DNA from: Octopus sinensis
Taxonomy: Eukaryota
Reading direction: 5' to 3'
DNA length: 64,000 bases
Assembly: GCF_006345805.1 (NCBI RefSeq)
Contig: NC_043003.1
Span: forward strand, 93,434,001-93,498,000
The position numbers were made by a program, and so were the translations under genes. The notes under the pieces are model-generated. The model had not been told where the DNA came from. It saw only the letters and a program-made list of their open reading frames with translations, and did not search any database. Below are positions 40,611 through 53,988 of the stretch, in pieces. Every line of letters begins with the position of its first letter. Within the stretch, counting starts at the first letter, position 1.

Positions 40611-41374
40611 CATACATATTATTTAAGAGAGATTCTCCCAAGAAGTGTCAGATATTTGTTGTAGATTGTATTTTAGCAAATTGCTTTTTTCTCGGTGACT
40701 TATTTTTATCGATGTTGTTGTTGACGGCGATTTTGTTGTTGTAGCTGTTATATATTTGATGCCGATAGCAGTGGCATCTAATCTATGGTTGTTAGTTTGT
40801 GAGGAGACCAAAAAGAGCTCAAGGTGATCAATGACACTACATTTGGAGTGCGTTTGGTTTTCTGCTCTCCGCTACAACTATCTTCATTTTTATGTCACAA
40901 AATGAATCTGGTCTAGAAAATTTAGAAAGTTTCCATGTGTGTATTGAACTTGAATTTCCAGAGGAGTACTCAGGAATTTCTCATAAAAAGAAAACTGAAA
41001 GATTATCAAATTTATTACTTCGACATATTGTATCATCACCAGCAAAATTGGTTGATTTAAGTATCATGACACCCCTTAAAACGTCACTTTGGCTGGGCAA
41101 CAACCCTTGTAGGTAGAAATTACAGGAGTGCGATTTGGTTTCCTCTCACCTCTCCTCACAACATGTCTAGCACTGATCCATATTGCCTTTCTTTTTTGAG
41201 GTACTTTTTTGAGTCACGTGTACTAAATGTCGCTAAATGGCACTAATGGCACTTTGTAGCACTTGGTACTTGTCTGTTCACGTACGGTAACTGTTTTGTA
41301 GCCTTGTTTTTTTAAAGCACCTGTATGTGGCTGTCTCTCAGTCAAAATTTAAAAACATAAGGCTTCACTTGTCA

Positions 41375-41385
41375 TGTGTGTGTGT

Positions 41386-41416
<31 letters not shown>

Positions 41417-41430
41417 CACGTACGTATGTA

Positions 41431-41465
<35 letters not shown>

Positions 41466-41475
41466 ATATATATAT

Positions 41476-41508
<33 letters not shown>

Positions 41509-41573
41509 CTGTGTGTGTGCATGCCTCTATGTATGCACGTATGTATGTATGACTCTCCTCTCTCTCTCTCTCT

Positions 41574-41623
<50 letters not shown>

Positions 41624-41667
41624 CTGTGTGTGTGCATGCCTCTATGTATGCACGTATGTATGTATGA

Positions 41668-41765
<98 letters not shown>
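41375..41765. repeat. Three tandem ~120-bp units of a composite (GT)n-(TATG)-(CT)n-(AT)n repeat
   Basis: The spacer gcatgcct.tatgtatgcacgta..tatgactc recurs three times. Confidence 0.9.
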
Positions 41766-41766
<1 letters not shown>

Positions 41767-42054
41767 ATATATAGATATGTGAGTACATGTATATATGTAT
41801 GTATATATGTATACATGCATGTATGTATATAATTTTTGAACTAAAGAGAAAGCTCAGTCCAGGTGCAGGTGACTCTGGTTAATGAACTTCCTTTCTTGGT
41901 GTTATGCTTGTTTTCGCTATTGTTGTTGCTTTTTGTCGTTGATGTTGTCATTTGGTTCATTCACCTTCATCGTTGACACTCAGTGTTTCCGTTGATGGTC
42001 TTTGTCAATCGATGTTAGCTTTTCCACCTTCCATTGCGTTCTTTTTCATCGTTT

Positions 42055-42457
42055 GGAGTGGCTGTGTGGTAAGTAGCTTGTTTACCAACCACATGGTTCC
42101 GGGTTCAGTCCCACTGCGTGGCACCTTGGGCAAGTGTCTTCTAGTATAGTCTCGGGCCGACCAAAGCCTTGTGAGTGGATTTGGTAGACGGAAACTGAAA
42201 GAAGCCCGTCGTATGTATGTATATATATGCGTGTGTGTGTTTGTGTGTCTGTGTTTGTCCCCCTAGCATCGCTTGACAACCGATGCGGGTGTGTTTACGT
42301 CCCCGTTACTTAGCGGTTCGGCAAAAGAGACCGATAGAATAAGTACTGGGCTTACAAAAGAATAAGTCCCGGGGTCGAGTTGCTCGATTAAAGGCGGTGC
42401 TCCAGCATGGCCGCAGTCAAATGACTGAAACAAGTAAAAGAGTAAAAGAGTAAGAGT
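42055..42457 (+). mobile_element. SINE family A, full length
   Basis: Matches the family consensus. Confidence 0.9.
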
Positions 42458-42779
42458 AATATATATATATATGTTGTTATCGTTGCCACAATTCTTGATA
42501 TTTCTATTAATGTTCTTTCTGGTGCTGATGTTTTAGCGGTGGGGCTGTTTTCCTTCCCTCAACGGTGCTGCACTTAGGTTGTTAGAGTTAACGTTCATAC
42601 ATTTATTAAACTCTTCCGAAAAGTTTGAGATAAAAACCACCTTTTCTCTTTGGCAAACAAAATTTTGTGGCAAAGTACAGCTTTAACATAGTCGCTTTTT
42701 TTCACAGCTTTAACATAATCGCTATTTTTCAGTTTTTCCCTAGTCAAACCTCAAATTTATTGGTATTTGAAAAAGAGTA

Positions 42780-43105
42780 AAGACCCACTTCGGTCGTGAA
42801 TGACCATGGGATTGCACCTAGAAAGTTCCCCCTCAGAAGCACAAGGTTCAATGTTGTTTATGGAAGACCAGGAGTTACCCATGCATGCTAGCCTCCTCCC
42901 TCCACGCTACCGATGTTATCCAAGGGAAAGGCATAGTCCAATACAGCTGGGCAACAGCGACGTCGCAACTCATTTCTACAGCTGAGTGAACTGGAGTAAC
43001 GTGAAATAAAGTGTCTTGCTCAAGAACACAACACACAGTCCGGTCCAGGAATGGAACTCATGGTTGTAAGCCCGACGCTCTAACCACTGAGCCATGCACC
43101 TTCAC
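42780..43105 (-). mobile_element. tRNA-derived SINE family D
   Basis: Head gtgaaggtgcatggctcagtggttagagcgtcgg, core gtgttcttgagcaagacactt, tail tcattcacgaccgaag. Confidence 0.8.
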
Positions 43106-43458
43106 AAAATAGAAAAGAAGATTTGGGCTCGTCCGGGATTTTAATATTATTAATGAAATATATATCCGCTTGGGGCAAACAATGATGGGCGGATGACTGT
43201 ACCTTTCCTAATTGGTGGAAAGCGATTTTAAATCTGCTTTGTGATGTTGATTATAACAGGGATGCATTTTCCCCCCTCATTCAGTTGTTGTAGCTTAGCA
43301 TTAATGGTCTTGTTATAGCTAACGCCTACACATTTATTGAATCTTCGGATAAAGCCACTTCTAAGGAAAACGCAAAGATCTTATCTAATCTCGTGCATAT
43401 ACTTTAAAATATTAGAATGACAAAAAATTCGAGGAAATTTATGATCAGAGCAGCATGG

Positions 43459-43491
<33 letters not shown>

Positions 43492-45734
43492 ACAACAACA
43501 ACAACAACAACAACAATGGTTTCTCATTTGGGCCGGTAAATTTTTTAGAGGAAGGAGTTAGTCGATTCCATTGAACCTAGTACTTGACTGGCGCGTTTAT
43601 TGACCCTAAAAATGAAAAACAATTAGCTTGGCTGTATTTGAACTTATAACGTAAAGATTGACGATCTGATAAAAAAAGAACTAAATATAGAAGAATATTA
43701 TGTACGCAATAAACAAAACAAAATGCAATTTAAATTTGAATAAAATACTACTCGCACACACATGGGGGGAAAGCCCACTGGTCACTTGGGGTCCCAGTAT
43801 TCTACAGTTCTTCCATTCCGTCATTCCTCATACTGAGTTTTGATGCAGTCAAAATCTCCAGTTAATATTTTTTAGGTTCATAGGTCCTCTTTAATTTATG
43901 AACCCATAAACATATGCTAAGTACTTTACTAATAATCTGCCGTTCATATGTTTAAAAGACACTTTCCAAAATATGTCGTCTACAATTTTGAAAGACGCTT
44001 TGATATGCTTATCCATTGCATCTTTATCCTGTTGTGCTTCTGAACACATCAAGACGTTTTCTTGAGGAAGTGGAGTGAGTTTCGTCGCAATTTTTCATCA
44101 CGTTTCGTTAGATACTTTTTATTTGATATCTCCCTGCGTTTACCTCTTGTACTTCCAGTAATGGTTTCTTCTTCTTGATCCTCCTCCATCTCCTCCAGTT
44201 CATCACAAAGCGATAAAGTGGGTACTGGCTGCTACAATTAGGATCCCCACCCCTGTGTTTCCAGTCTAGCGTAGTGTGACCTCTTCCAACCTTTATGGAG
44301 CTGTAACTGATGATGATATGAAAACTGCAATCTGTGGATCTCGTTGCTACATCAGTTTCTTTCTGCTGCAGTCCTTTTGCCTTTCCAATTCTTCGGAAGG
44401 AAAGTTTTTCAAGTGGCTTTTACTTACATAGGAATGACAACTATGCCTTTTACCATGCATTATTAGTCTCATACACTTAGCCTTGACTTCCTCAACTGAG
44501 CACATCCCCGATATGGTCTTTGTTGCTTTCGAACATCATTAAGAATTTCAAGTTCATCCTAATCCTTCCCAATTGCATGTTGCACCTCCATCATCCTTGC
44601 ACTAACCACGCCCATAAGACAAATCAAAAACACAAGTCAGTATCATTTCTCAAACTCCCAATTGGCACTTTGTATTTCTCTGTCTCAAATACAGGGACAG
44701 AAATTTATGATCTGCGTTTTGCTGAGCCACGGTTCTGAAAACACAGTTGACTGTCCCGTAAGCTTTACGGAGAATTTCTTACAGTATCGTGTGAAATGCT
44801 TCATTCAGTTGCTGTCTCGAAAGGAGATAGAAACCTCCTACCAATATTATTAAAGCTTACATATGCTAGCTTTCTCTTTGCCTTTTCTTGGAGTAGATCC
44901 TTTACACAATTCTCTCAGTTGATTGTTACTTTTTTTTATTTTCCAGAAATTTATCAAATCTGAAGATTCTCGAGCGTTGTTTTGTTATTAAATCTATCAT
45001 TTAAAGTATCTCTTTTACAGTTCGAAAAAAATTATTATCCGATTAAATGTTCTTTATAGAATTTTACTTTTGTTATGAGACTTCTTTCTATGGTTTGATT
45101 TGTTTTGTGCTGTCTTTTTGTCTCTTATGTAGCTATTGCATTATTTTCATGTTTATGACGAGCATATTGCTTTCGTCTGGGACATATTTTGAAGTGAAAA
45201 TGTCAAAATGTGGAAGCAAATAAATCGTAAAATTTGTAAAGTCAAATCTTTTTTGTCGACACCGGGTATCGAAAACTTCTATAGATGACTAAAATCATTA
45301 TGGGCGAATATTCCGAAGAAAAATATCAAGTCTTGAATTAATGACAACAATGCAAACTATAATAATAATAATTGCTTCAAAATTTTGACACAAGGCTAGT
45401 AATTGAAGGAATTGTTGACTATACTAACCAGCTCCTCACATCCCAGTGCTTAACTGCTACTCTATTTTATCTACTTCAAAAGGATGAAAGGCAAAGTTGA
45501 CATCGACGAGATATGAGTTTAGAAGGTGAAAAAAAAACAGCAAAAAAAAACCGGAGGAAAAGCCTTTACGCATTTTGTCTGACACGCTGACAATTTTACT
45601 AGCTTACTATCTTAATAATAACATCAATGATAATAACTTTTTTTACTATAGACGTAAGTCTTGAAATTTTGTGTGAGGGAAGCAATCGATTACATTCTGT
45701 CCAGCGTGCTAACGATTCAACCGACTCGTTTTCA

Positions 45735-45813
45735 TAATAATAATAATAATAATAATAACAACAACAACAACAACAACAACAATAACAATAACAATAACAA
45801 CAACAACAACAAC

Positions 45814-45870
<57 letters not shown>
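45735..45870. repeat. (AAT)n/(AAC)n repeat
   Basis: Directly visible. Confidence 0.96.
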
Positions 45871-45871
<1 letters not shown>

Positions 45872-46930
45872 GAAGTTGAAAACTTGTAGAAAAAGATTTG
45901 GAGCGGTGAGAAGATATACAATAAAAAGGTCAATTGGATTAGACGCACAAAAGACAGAAATTTACAAGAACAAACGTGAAAGAACATCACAATAGTAGAC
46001 CTAAGAATGAAACTACGAAGGCTCATAAATGGTAAAGGTAAGGTGCTGAATTTCTGGCTCTCATCGCTCTTGCGCACACAGGAAAAGCTAGGTCAGCTGT
46101 TCATTGAAATTACAAGAGATTCTAAGCAAACACTCCCAAAGAGTAATGAAACATAAGTTCCAAATAACTATCGGTTCATAATCTGTTTAACTACCGCTTA
46201 TAAAAATTACTTTAGGACAAACCATGAGAAAATTTTAAAAGCATACTAAAGGGAAACATTTCATGTTCAACACCCCGCAATATTCAACAGGCAGCGAGAA
46301 ACTAAACTAGAGTGGAAGCCAACAGTAGCTCTGATACTCTCAACTAAAAGCAGAAATGGAAGTTCTGCCAACCCACCCGCCAAAATATGAAGAAAATACG
46401 TTCAATGAGACAATTGACATAATTTTTGGCTGCCTTGTTAGTGACAAGTCAGAGTATGTCTATGCTTATGATCGAGTGAAGAGCTACGCCTGTTAGAAAA
46501 TAGGCCAACACTTTGACGTGAGAACAGATAAGAATTAATGAGCGTGTGTCAAACATAATACATTGCAACGATCTAGGTATAATAATCTGGTACATACCCG
46601 TTCAGACTGTCAAGGAGAGCTAAAGAAATGGTCAACATATAATTACAGTCAACATATAATAACGGTCAACACACTACGATCTATTTTGGCCAAAGTATTA
46701 CCCGGAAACAAAAGCTGAGAAACTATCATAAATTTGCACAGGGAAAGAGATGTGGGAAAGGAATGTGAATATAGTACCAATAATAATTGGAGAAATTTGC
46801 TAATAAAAACTTTGGAGAAAACATAAAACTAATTCAAGAGTTCAGAAATCTTTAGACAGTTTAAAAACTAGCCCTACTAGACAAGATAGCCTACATCCTG
46901 CGTAAAATACCTTCTATTGAGAACAAAACT
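45871..46930 (+). mobile_element. Decayed, internally deleted Dong/R4 element
   Basis: EVENL.KKIWSGEKIYNKKVNWI, PNNYRFIICLTTAYK and C-terminal KKLALLDKIAYILRK remnants. Confidence 0.7.
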
Positions 46931-46981
46931 TACTAGGTGCTCGGGTTAAATTTGACAGTTAGCATAAATGACAAAAAAAAA

Positions 46982-47794
46982 TACAATATCTCATCCAAAT
47001 AAAACTATTTTAAAACACAAAATATCGACTAGTAACTGCCCTTAGCTTCCACTATGGCTTCAGGACGGCTCCCGAACCTGGCGCATGCATACCTCACTAT
47101 GACCTTAAAAAGATTTTCGAACACCTCCTTGATCTTGGCCACCAGCTCGGCCTTGGTACTGCAGGCAGAGCGGTTGGTGTCTTCCTCAACCGCGTCCCAC
47201 ACATAGTATACCATAAGATTACAATCGAGGGGATTAGGGGGCCAGGAAATGGGGCCGGTGAATCCGTAGAAATTTTTCGACAACAACCCTTTCCGAAGGT
47301 ATGGCTCCTCTTGTTTGAATGTTAGCGAAGTGTTCATTCAGCGCCAGCTTCACTGTGGCAACTCCAACATCCATTTTTCTCGTCAAAGCCCAGATTCCCT
47401 TGCTCAGATCTACCATCACCTTGCACTACATTTGTATGAATTCCGGAGTGTGTATGAGTCAGAACGCCTGCTGAGTCCCTTCGTGCAAGCCACGGCTTCG
47501 CAAATTCCGTTGCAGATATCCATGTCACATCTTATAGTCTATACGTTGTTCTCAGAGCATTGAACAGTAGTCATGATATAGGTATTTTGATACCCAGCAT
47601 GAATCATCATGATACAGGTAACTCTTTTCCAATATTCAGAAGGCTTCCACCTCTTCGTGTCAGTTGACTTTTTCTCAGCTACAACTTTAATCTTTATACT
47701 CTCCAACGCTGTTGACTGTTTACCAATATATCAAGCTGTTTCTGATAAAAAAAGGAAATAGAAAAAAAGTCAAATTTATTTGGAACACCCTGTA
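46982..47794 (-). mobile_element. Tc1/mariner-superfamily transposon remnant
   Basis: WPPNPLDCNLMVYYVWDAVE...TKAELVAKIKEVF..ACARF transposase C-terminus. TA-CAGGGTGTTCCAAATAAA end at 47763-47794. Confidence 0.82.
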
Positions 47795-48344
47795 TACTTT
47801 CCATTCTCTTTACAACATAATAAAATAACACAACTTACATAAAGGTATTAGAGAATCACCAAATAATATAACATAGCCCACACAAATATACGCTAAGCCA
47901 AAACCACTCAATGAAATAACAGAACATCTACTCTTATATAATCAACATCTGATACTGTCATACATGCCACAATCCCCAACAACCCATATAGTTCGTATTG
48001 TGCACAATCACCATCTAACAAAAAACTTAACAAACTATACAGCACATACGAAATACAATCCGTATCTAACAAATAAATACGACTCGAATTGCACGTACTA
48101 GAAAACAATAAACAGGCGAAAAACTGATGCAATGGCAGAGATGATAAAACATAGCCCTGAACACACAACAAAACAAATTTAGAAACCAAGCACAATTTTA
48201 CATCAGCAAAAGATAATACGATATATACCTGAGGACAGAGAGTTCCACCTGTTGATGCAGAAAAATATCTTACATAAAATTGTTGAAACCATGATGTTAA
48301 TATCCGAAAGATATTCACAAGAACATAGAGTGACTTATATATAT

Positions 48345-48403
<59 letters not shown>

Positions 48404-48413
48404 ATATGTGTGT

Positions 48414-48473
<60 letters not shown>

Positions 48474-48477
48474 ACAT

Positions 48478-49215
48478 TCGGAAATTTTAGTCTGTACCGA
48501 TCTGCCAGCTGAAAGCGACTGAGCAGATCGGTGAAGCATGGGTTACCCTTTCTATTCGGATTTGAGCCAACACAATCTACGTGTGCATCGCAGATTGTGT
48601 AAAGTCCCCTAGCAGTACTAAAGTGTGAGACAACGCCTATGAAATTTTCTAGGCTCCTAAAAAAATCCCAGATTGTCCAGCTCCGCAAGGGGCATAGACA
48701 CCTACAAGCTTGAAATTCTTACCGCTGATTGTCTCGTCAAGTACGACCAGACTGTCTTCTGGTCGATAAAGATCGTTTAATCTCGGAAACCAGGTTTTTC
48801 TTGAGTTGGATCGCAACACCACCCACTTCTCCCGGTTGGCATGGAGAAATAACTTTCTCATAGCCGTTCAGGAGTGGGGAAAAGGTCCGCAACCCACTCA
48901 GCCTGGTCTCCGTGGCCACTATCACATCCAGACTATGTGACCTGAAGTCATTAAGAAAGCGACCTTGCTTCCAATCTGACCCCAGGCCACGAACATTTAA
49001 ACATCCTACTGTGAGCTAAACCATGAAATGTGGCTTACCTTTCGAAGGAGAAGGGATTATAATCCCCTCTCTCTATCTTCCGTGTCTTGCGGAGTCTTTT
49101 CGACTAGGCCTTTGTACATGGACTTGCAAAAGTCCATTCTTGGAGGGCCAATGTCTTTCAAGTGGTAGCTATGCAATAAATTGTCGATTTCATAGATTAC
49201 AATTCCTTCCGGCAT
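48478..49215 (-). mobile_element. L1/Tx1-like ORF1 end plus ORF2 AP-endonuclease fragment
   Basis: LTVGCLNVRGL, LDVIVATET, GGVAI, FKLVGVYAP, LADRYRL. ATG at 49024 is followed by stops and frameshifts. Confidence 0.88.
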
Positions 49216-49841
49216 AATAGTATAATGACTGGTCTATTCTTTTGCGGTTGGAGTTTTAAGTCTGTTCATTAATGCCTGGTTGTTAGCATTCACTACTATC
49301 AAGCTCGTTTCTAGTTTGGAAGGGAAATCTTTTTCGAGACTGGGAGGGGCAGATTCTACAGAAGGGGTACATTCTGAAATATGAATCAGTTGAGTACTGG
49401 GGTCGTTGTAATCGACTTATCCCCACCCCCGAACTTACCAGCCTTGTGCCAAAATTAGAAACCAATATATTAAGCTAGCATTGTTGAAAAATAAGACATT
49501 CCTACATTTTCTTCGTGTCTGTGTCGCATGAAAACGAATGGATTTATTTGTCGAAAGGTAGAACAAACAGTGAAGAAAATCGTTAGTCACTTTAAAACAT
49601 CCACTGTGATGTTCGTATTGAGCAATAACAACAATATTGCTGTTACAAACTCAATGGCACTCGCATCATCACCACCACAACCAACATTACCGCTGCCGCT
49701 GCCTCCATTGTGACTGCCGGAAACACAACTTCCAATGACAGCGACAGCGGTAGCTCCACGACAATGACAAGGCGATGGCAAGACTGCTCGTTCGCATGCT
49801 CTGCATGTGTCACTGAATGACTAGAGTTGAGAGAGAGACAG

Positions 49842-49897
<56 letters not shown>

Positions 49898-50285
49898 CAA
49901 AGGACTCGTACGCTCGTAAAGTAGAATAATTGTAGAAAATGGGAAATTACGAAAATGGATGTCATCACAAAGAAAAATGAACAAATTCGCAGATAGGGAA
50001 TATGAAGATCGTGTGAATCCAGACATCGTTCGCGTTAGGATTTTTGGGCGTCATATTCCTTTGTGAAGGAGAGGCAAACAACCAGTACAGTGCATCGGTT
50101 AATAACGAGTTCATTTTCATACCGTCGAGTAGGGAAAGTGAGGTTGGTGAATAAACCGCCAGAAGTATACGTTTGAAGGCTAGAAAAAATCGTATGATGA
50201 AAGTTGAAGAGATTGCGGTGGAACCCATGAGCGACATAATTAACAAGAATTTCCGAAGTATTCAAGTCCTAATCATGTGTACACA

Positions 50286-50369
<84 letters not shown>

Positions 50370-50556
50370 TTGAAAAATGAATAGAAATGGTTTTTCTGAT
50401 AATTTTTCCACTTTAATAATTAGATGTATAAAGTGGAAAAATTACCAGGCAAGCCATTTCTATTAATTTTTTCAACTATTTCAACTATTGTACCAAGGAC
50501 ATCCTATTTCTTATTCTACTATATTTATATATATGGTCTGTGTGTTCATCCAAAAT

Positions 50557-50738
50557 GGGCATATGGCGTAATGGTTAAGAGCGCGGGCTACTAACCCCAA
50601 GATTCCGAGTTCGATTCCAGGCAGTGACTTGAATGATAATAATAATAATAATGATAATAACATCGAAAAATACCTTAGGAATGAGAACTCAGGTTCGAAG
50701 TTTTCCCAAGACACCTGATGAAGGCTGGAGAGTATATC
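50557..50738 (+). mobile_element. tRNA-headed SINE family E with (AAT)n linker and a hammerhead-containing tail, truncated
   Basis: A box tggcgtaatgg (50563), B box gagttcgattcc (50607), then gacac-CTGATGA-a-ggctg-gagagtatat-c before the break. Confidence 0.8.
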
Positions 50739-50869
50739 GTATAGAACTGCATGGCTCGCCTTGTCAGTTTATTTCTAGCAATGCTGGTAATTTCTAGTAC
50801 CCGTAGTCACTTTAGTGACGTCTATAGTTCTGCCACTCGTTTGCAAACTGCAAATAAGCTACCTTTATT

Positions 50870-50939
<70 letters not shown>

Positions 50940-50959
50940 GTCTGTCTGTCTGTCTATAA

Positions 50960-51548
50960 TGTCAGGTTACTGGTGAGGTCTCCCATGAATGCTATTGGCA
51001 ACATGGAATCCAGTACAACCTGTTGCATGGTAGGGTCGTCAGCGACTAAAACCGGCATCCCGTCTCTAGGTTAACCTGGTGAGAGTGGTTGCTACAAACT
51101 CGGCAGGACTAAAAGCAAAACCTTTCAAAAGAATGGATGAACCTTGTGTAGGTCCAACGACTATCTAGCAATAGAACAGGCCCTCAGAAATTTCGTTTTG
51201 GTGTCCGGCGTGCTGGAGACCACTGGTAATGAAGATCGTCTCAGCTTTTCTTAAAGCATGTCACTTGGAGAAGGTTAGCCTGATTTAAGCCCTGATATGC
51301 AGGCAATGGCAGTGGACATTTTAGGGTTCGTTTCCTTGCGCCTGAGATCACTTTCGACTTCCTGAACCTGCAACCATTATACAAGATGTCTTGCCCCTGA
51401 TAGTCGCTGGACCATACCAATAGGGCGGGAAGGGTTTATGAGGAGTCGTGCAAACCTTATTAGACCTAAAATCAGCACTGGCATTGTTGACGTTTTGCAT
51501 GGGCAATGGTCAGTGATAGTCTTCCTCAGTTACGAGTGGACGGCCACC
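50960..51548 (+). mobile_element. Related RTE-5'UTR-derived non-autonomous element
   Basis: Shares ccagtacaacctgttgcatgg...gcgactaaa.ccggca and a ggcc..cagt/ggccacc(AT)n-like tail with the 25506 family. Confidence 0.6.
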
Positions 51549-51762
51549 ATATATATCTGTGTGTATGTGTGGGGGTATATATATATACGTATGTCTGTGT
51601 ACGTGTGTTTGTGTGTGTGTGAGTATGAGTGAGTTTGTGTGTATGTATATATGTGTGTATGGTATATACACATATACAGCGTGCCCCCAAAATGTATACA
51701 CACGTTTAATGATTAATTAATTCCTGTTATTTACAGTTGCAACTGATTTGAGCAAATAGCGC

Positions 51763-51793
<31 letters not shown>

Positions 51794-52366
51794 GTATATA
51801 TATGGAGGCTGCCCCCTCGTTATCGAGTATGGCCATAGCACGAAGTTTAATCAATGTTGTTATCGTGCAATGCCTGTGCAAGAATATATTTTTTAAAGTG
51901 AGGAAAGGCTGTGAACTGAGTCAATCCCACTCACTAAGCAACAGCAGCCATATTCCGTAAAGAAGAACAAGTCAACATCATCGGTAACCACTGAGCCGCA
52001 GGTTTTATATCGGAGTTATCCCAGTTACCTGAGTTACCTTCTCCTAGAAGGATGCCTTAACAAAGGCTAGGAGTCCTTCACTCCCAATGGTTTAACCGCA
52101 CGATCGGGTATCCAGTCCGATTATTTCTATGTCCCCGCACATGATACAGCCTTAAGCCTTAAGAAAAAAAATACACATTTATTGATGGCCGTTGACTCTC
52201 AAGAGTTCCTCCGCCCTTTGACGGGTTCTGTTTTTCATCCCGCAGGGTGTCCAATAAACACCCTCCTCACCAAGCAAGCTTGTGGGGTTGCCGGTTTAGT
52301 CGCCGACGCCCCAACCATGCAACAGGTGTACTGGGTTACATGTTACCAGTAGCACTCGAAAGTGAC

Positions 52367-52401
<35 letters not shown>

Positions 52402-52429
52402 CATACACACACATCTATCTATCTATCTA

Positions 52430-52485
<56 letters not shown>

Positions 52486-52968
52486 AATATAGAGATGTGG
52501 AAAGGTTGAATGTATATTCGTCCTTTAATTTGGAGGTTTCCCAAAAAGATCTTTATGTTGATTCTATATATTTTGCTGGTAGATTACAGGCGCAAATCTG
52601 CGAATATGAAAATAATACTTGTATATGATGTATGGTGAATGTATGGAAAGAAATCCTATAAAACTCATCAATTTAGTTAAAAAGGGAGAAGACAAGTTGT
52701 CAAAATATACAAGAGAATTTTAATTCATGCAGAGATATAAAAATCATGCAAATTCATGATTGAATTGAATTAGATTAACTTAAATAAATAGAATATATAT
52801 ATATATATTTATACATATATGTATAAATCAATGTATTTTCAGTGCAGGAAGTATAAACAAAGCTTACAATGATCTTGAGAAAGCAAATAACAGAGGAATA
52901 GAATCTAGGAGATTCATATTTATCCTTATATAAATGGAGTTTAACGCAGGTGTAATTCAAATTCTTTT

Positions 52969-53057
52969 ACTTCCGACACATGTTTCGAAGATATCACTGA
53001 TATTATTCCAAAGGAATAAAATGGTGTAAAACAATATAATCTTCTCTTCAGGGAAGT
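52969..53057 (-). ncRNA. Type-I hammerhead ribozyme, fully canonical
   Basis: ACTTCC-CTGAAGA-GAAGAT-(46 nt)-ATCTTC-GAAA-CATGTG-TC-GGAAGT: perfect 6-bp stems I and II, GUC triplet. Confidence 0.88.
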
Positions 53058-53211
53058 GAAGAAATGAAACTCATCAATAAGACATTTTAACAGAAAATGA
53101 TGGATATGTATAGTGATTAACTGAACGCTATTAATATTGTTTGAAAAAACGTTATATGATATAACGTCAGAGGTAGCCTATAGAAAGAGGAGGGATAAAT
53201 TAAAGAAAAAC

Positions 53212-53269
53212 TAAATAAATGAGAAGTATATGACTATATACATATAATCATATACTTCTCATTTATTTA
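53212..53269. repeat. Perfect 22-bp inverted repeat at the Penelope ORF / terminal-repeat boundary
   Basis: taaataaatgagaagtatatga ... tcatatacttctcatttattta. Confidence 0.92.
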
Positions 53270-53988
53270 TATTAAATAAACCTTATAGACTAAGAAAAAT
53301 ATATAATTATAGAGAAGACAGAATTCCTTGCCTTTGTCATAAGGTATCGAGATTGAGTGAATCAACCAATCTAATTTTAATTGTTTATTGTGGTCTTTTA
53401 GATCCCAAATTAATTTACTAAGCCCTGTACTGTTACGTTTATTCCAATCCCTAAATCTCGAGTAATGATTAGAAATCTTTCTTGATAACTGTAAAAACGT
53501 GCTTCCAATAGAAAAATAAATTTGATTATGAGTAGTAATTTTACACTGGTATATAGAATTTTCAATTTTAGAGTTACTTGACATAAACTTGATTCAGTTG
53601 GAATTGACTTCAGATACAATAACCTTGTTATTAATATTTCTAGAGGGTTTGATGGTATTAGCTAAGTTAATGTTAGTATTAGTATTAGTAAATGTATTAA
53701 TATTTTTCAGGTTGTTATTATGTGAAGGAATAATTTGTAAGTGATTTTTAGTGTTCGAAAAACCAATCCTAACCGCATGTGAGTTGATAATAGAGTAAAA
53801 CCTAGAATTCGTTGGAAATTTCCTAATAATAGCTTCACGAAACTGCAATGGGAGATTAGATTTAGTTTGCCTCCCGTATGGAATAATTAGCCAAATGGTT
53901 TCACTACTAGTTATCTTATTTTTAGCGTAATTATTGTTGAAAGACTTAAAATTACCTTTATAATGATAATAGGGCATTAACTAAGGGT

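Larger units (their letters stand above)
52490..53985 (-). mobile_element. Penelope-like element, 5'-truncated: RT-EN linker, GIY-YIG endonuclease and terminal repeat
   Basis: IWLIIPYG...RIGFSNTKN..IIPSHN, then SIYQCKIT...SIGST..RKISNH...NSTGLSKLIWDLK..LDW..Y..GKEFCLL. Frameshifted. Confidence 0.9.

Noticed and set aside
43800-44900. Decayed coding-like minus-strand sequence
   Set aside because: Many stops and no diagnostic motif; probably old TE sequence, not assignable.
49900-50270. Overlapping ORFs on both strands, including a hydrophobic 93-aa ORF
   Set aside because: No recognisable domain or consistent splice sites; frames are broken.
50557-50630. Possible tRNA gene
   Set aside because: The acceptor stem does not close and the sequence runs into a repeat tail. 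It is a SINE head, as are the other tRNA-like segments.
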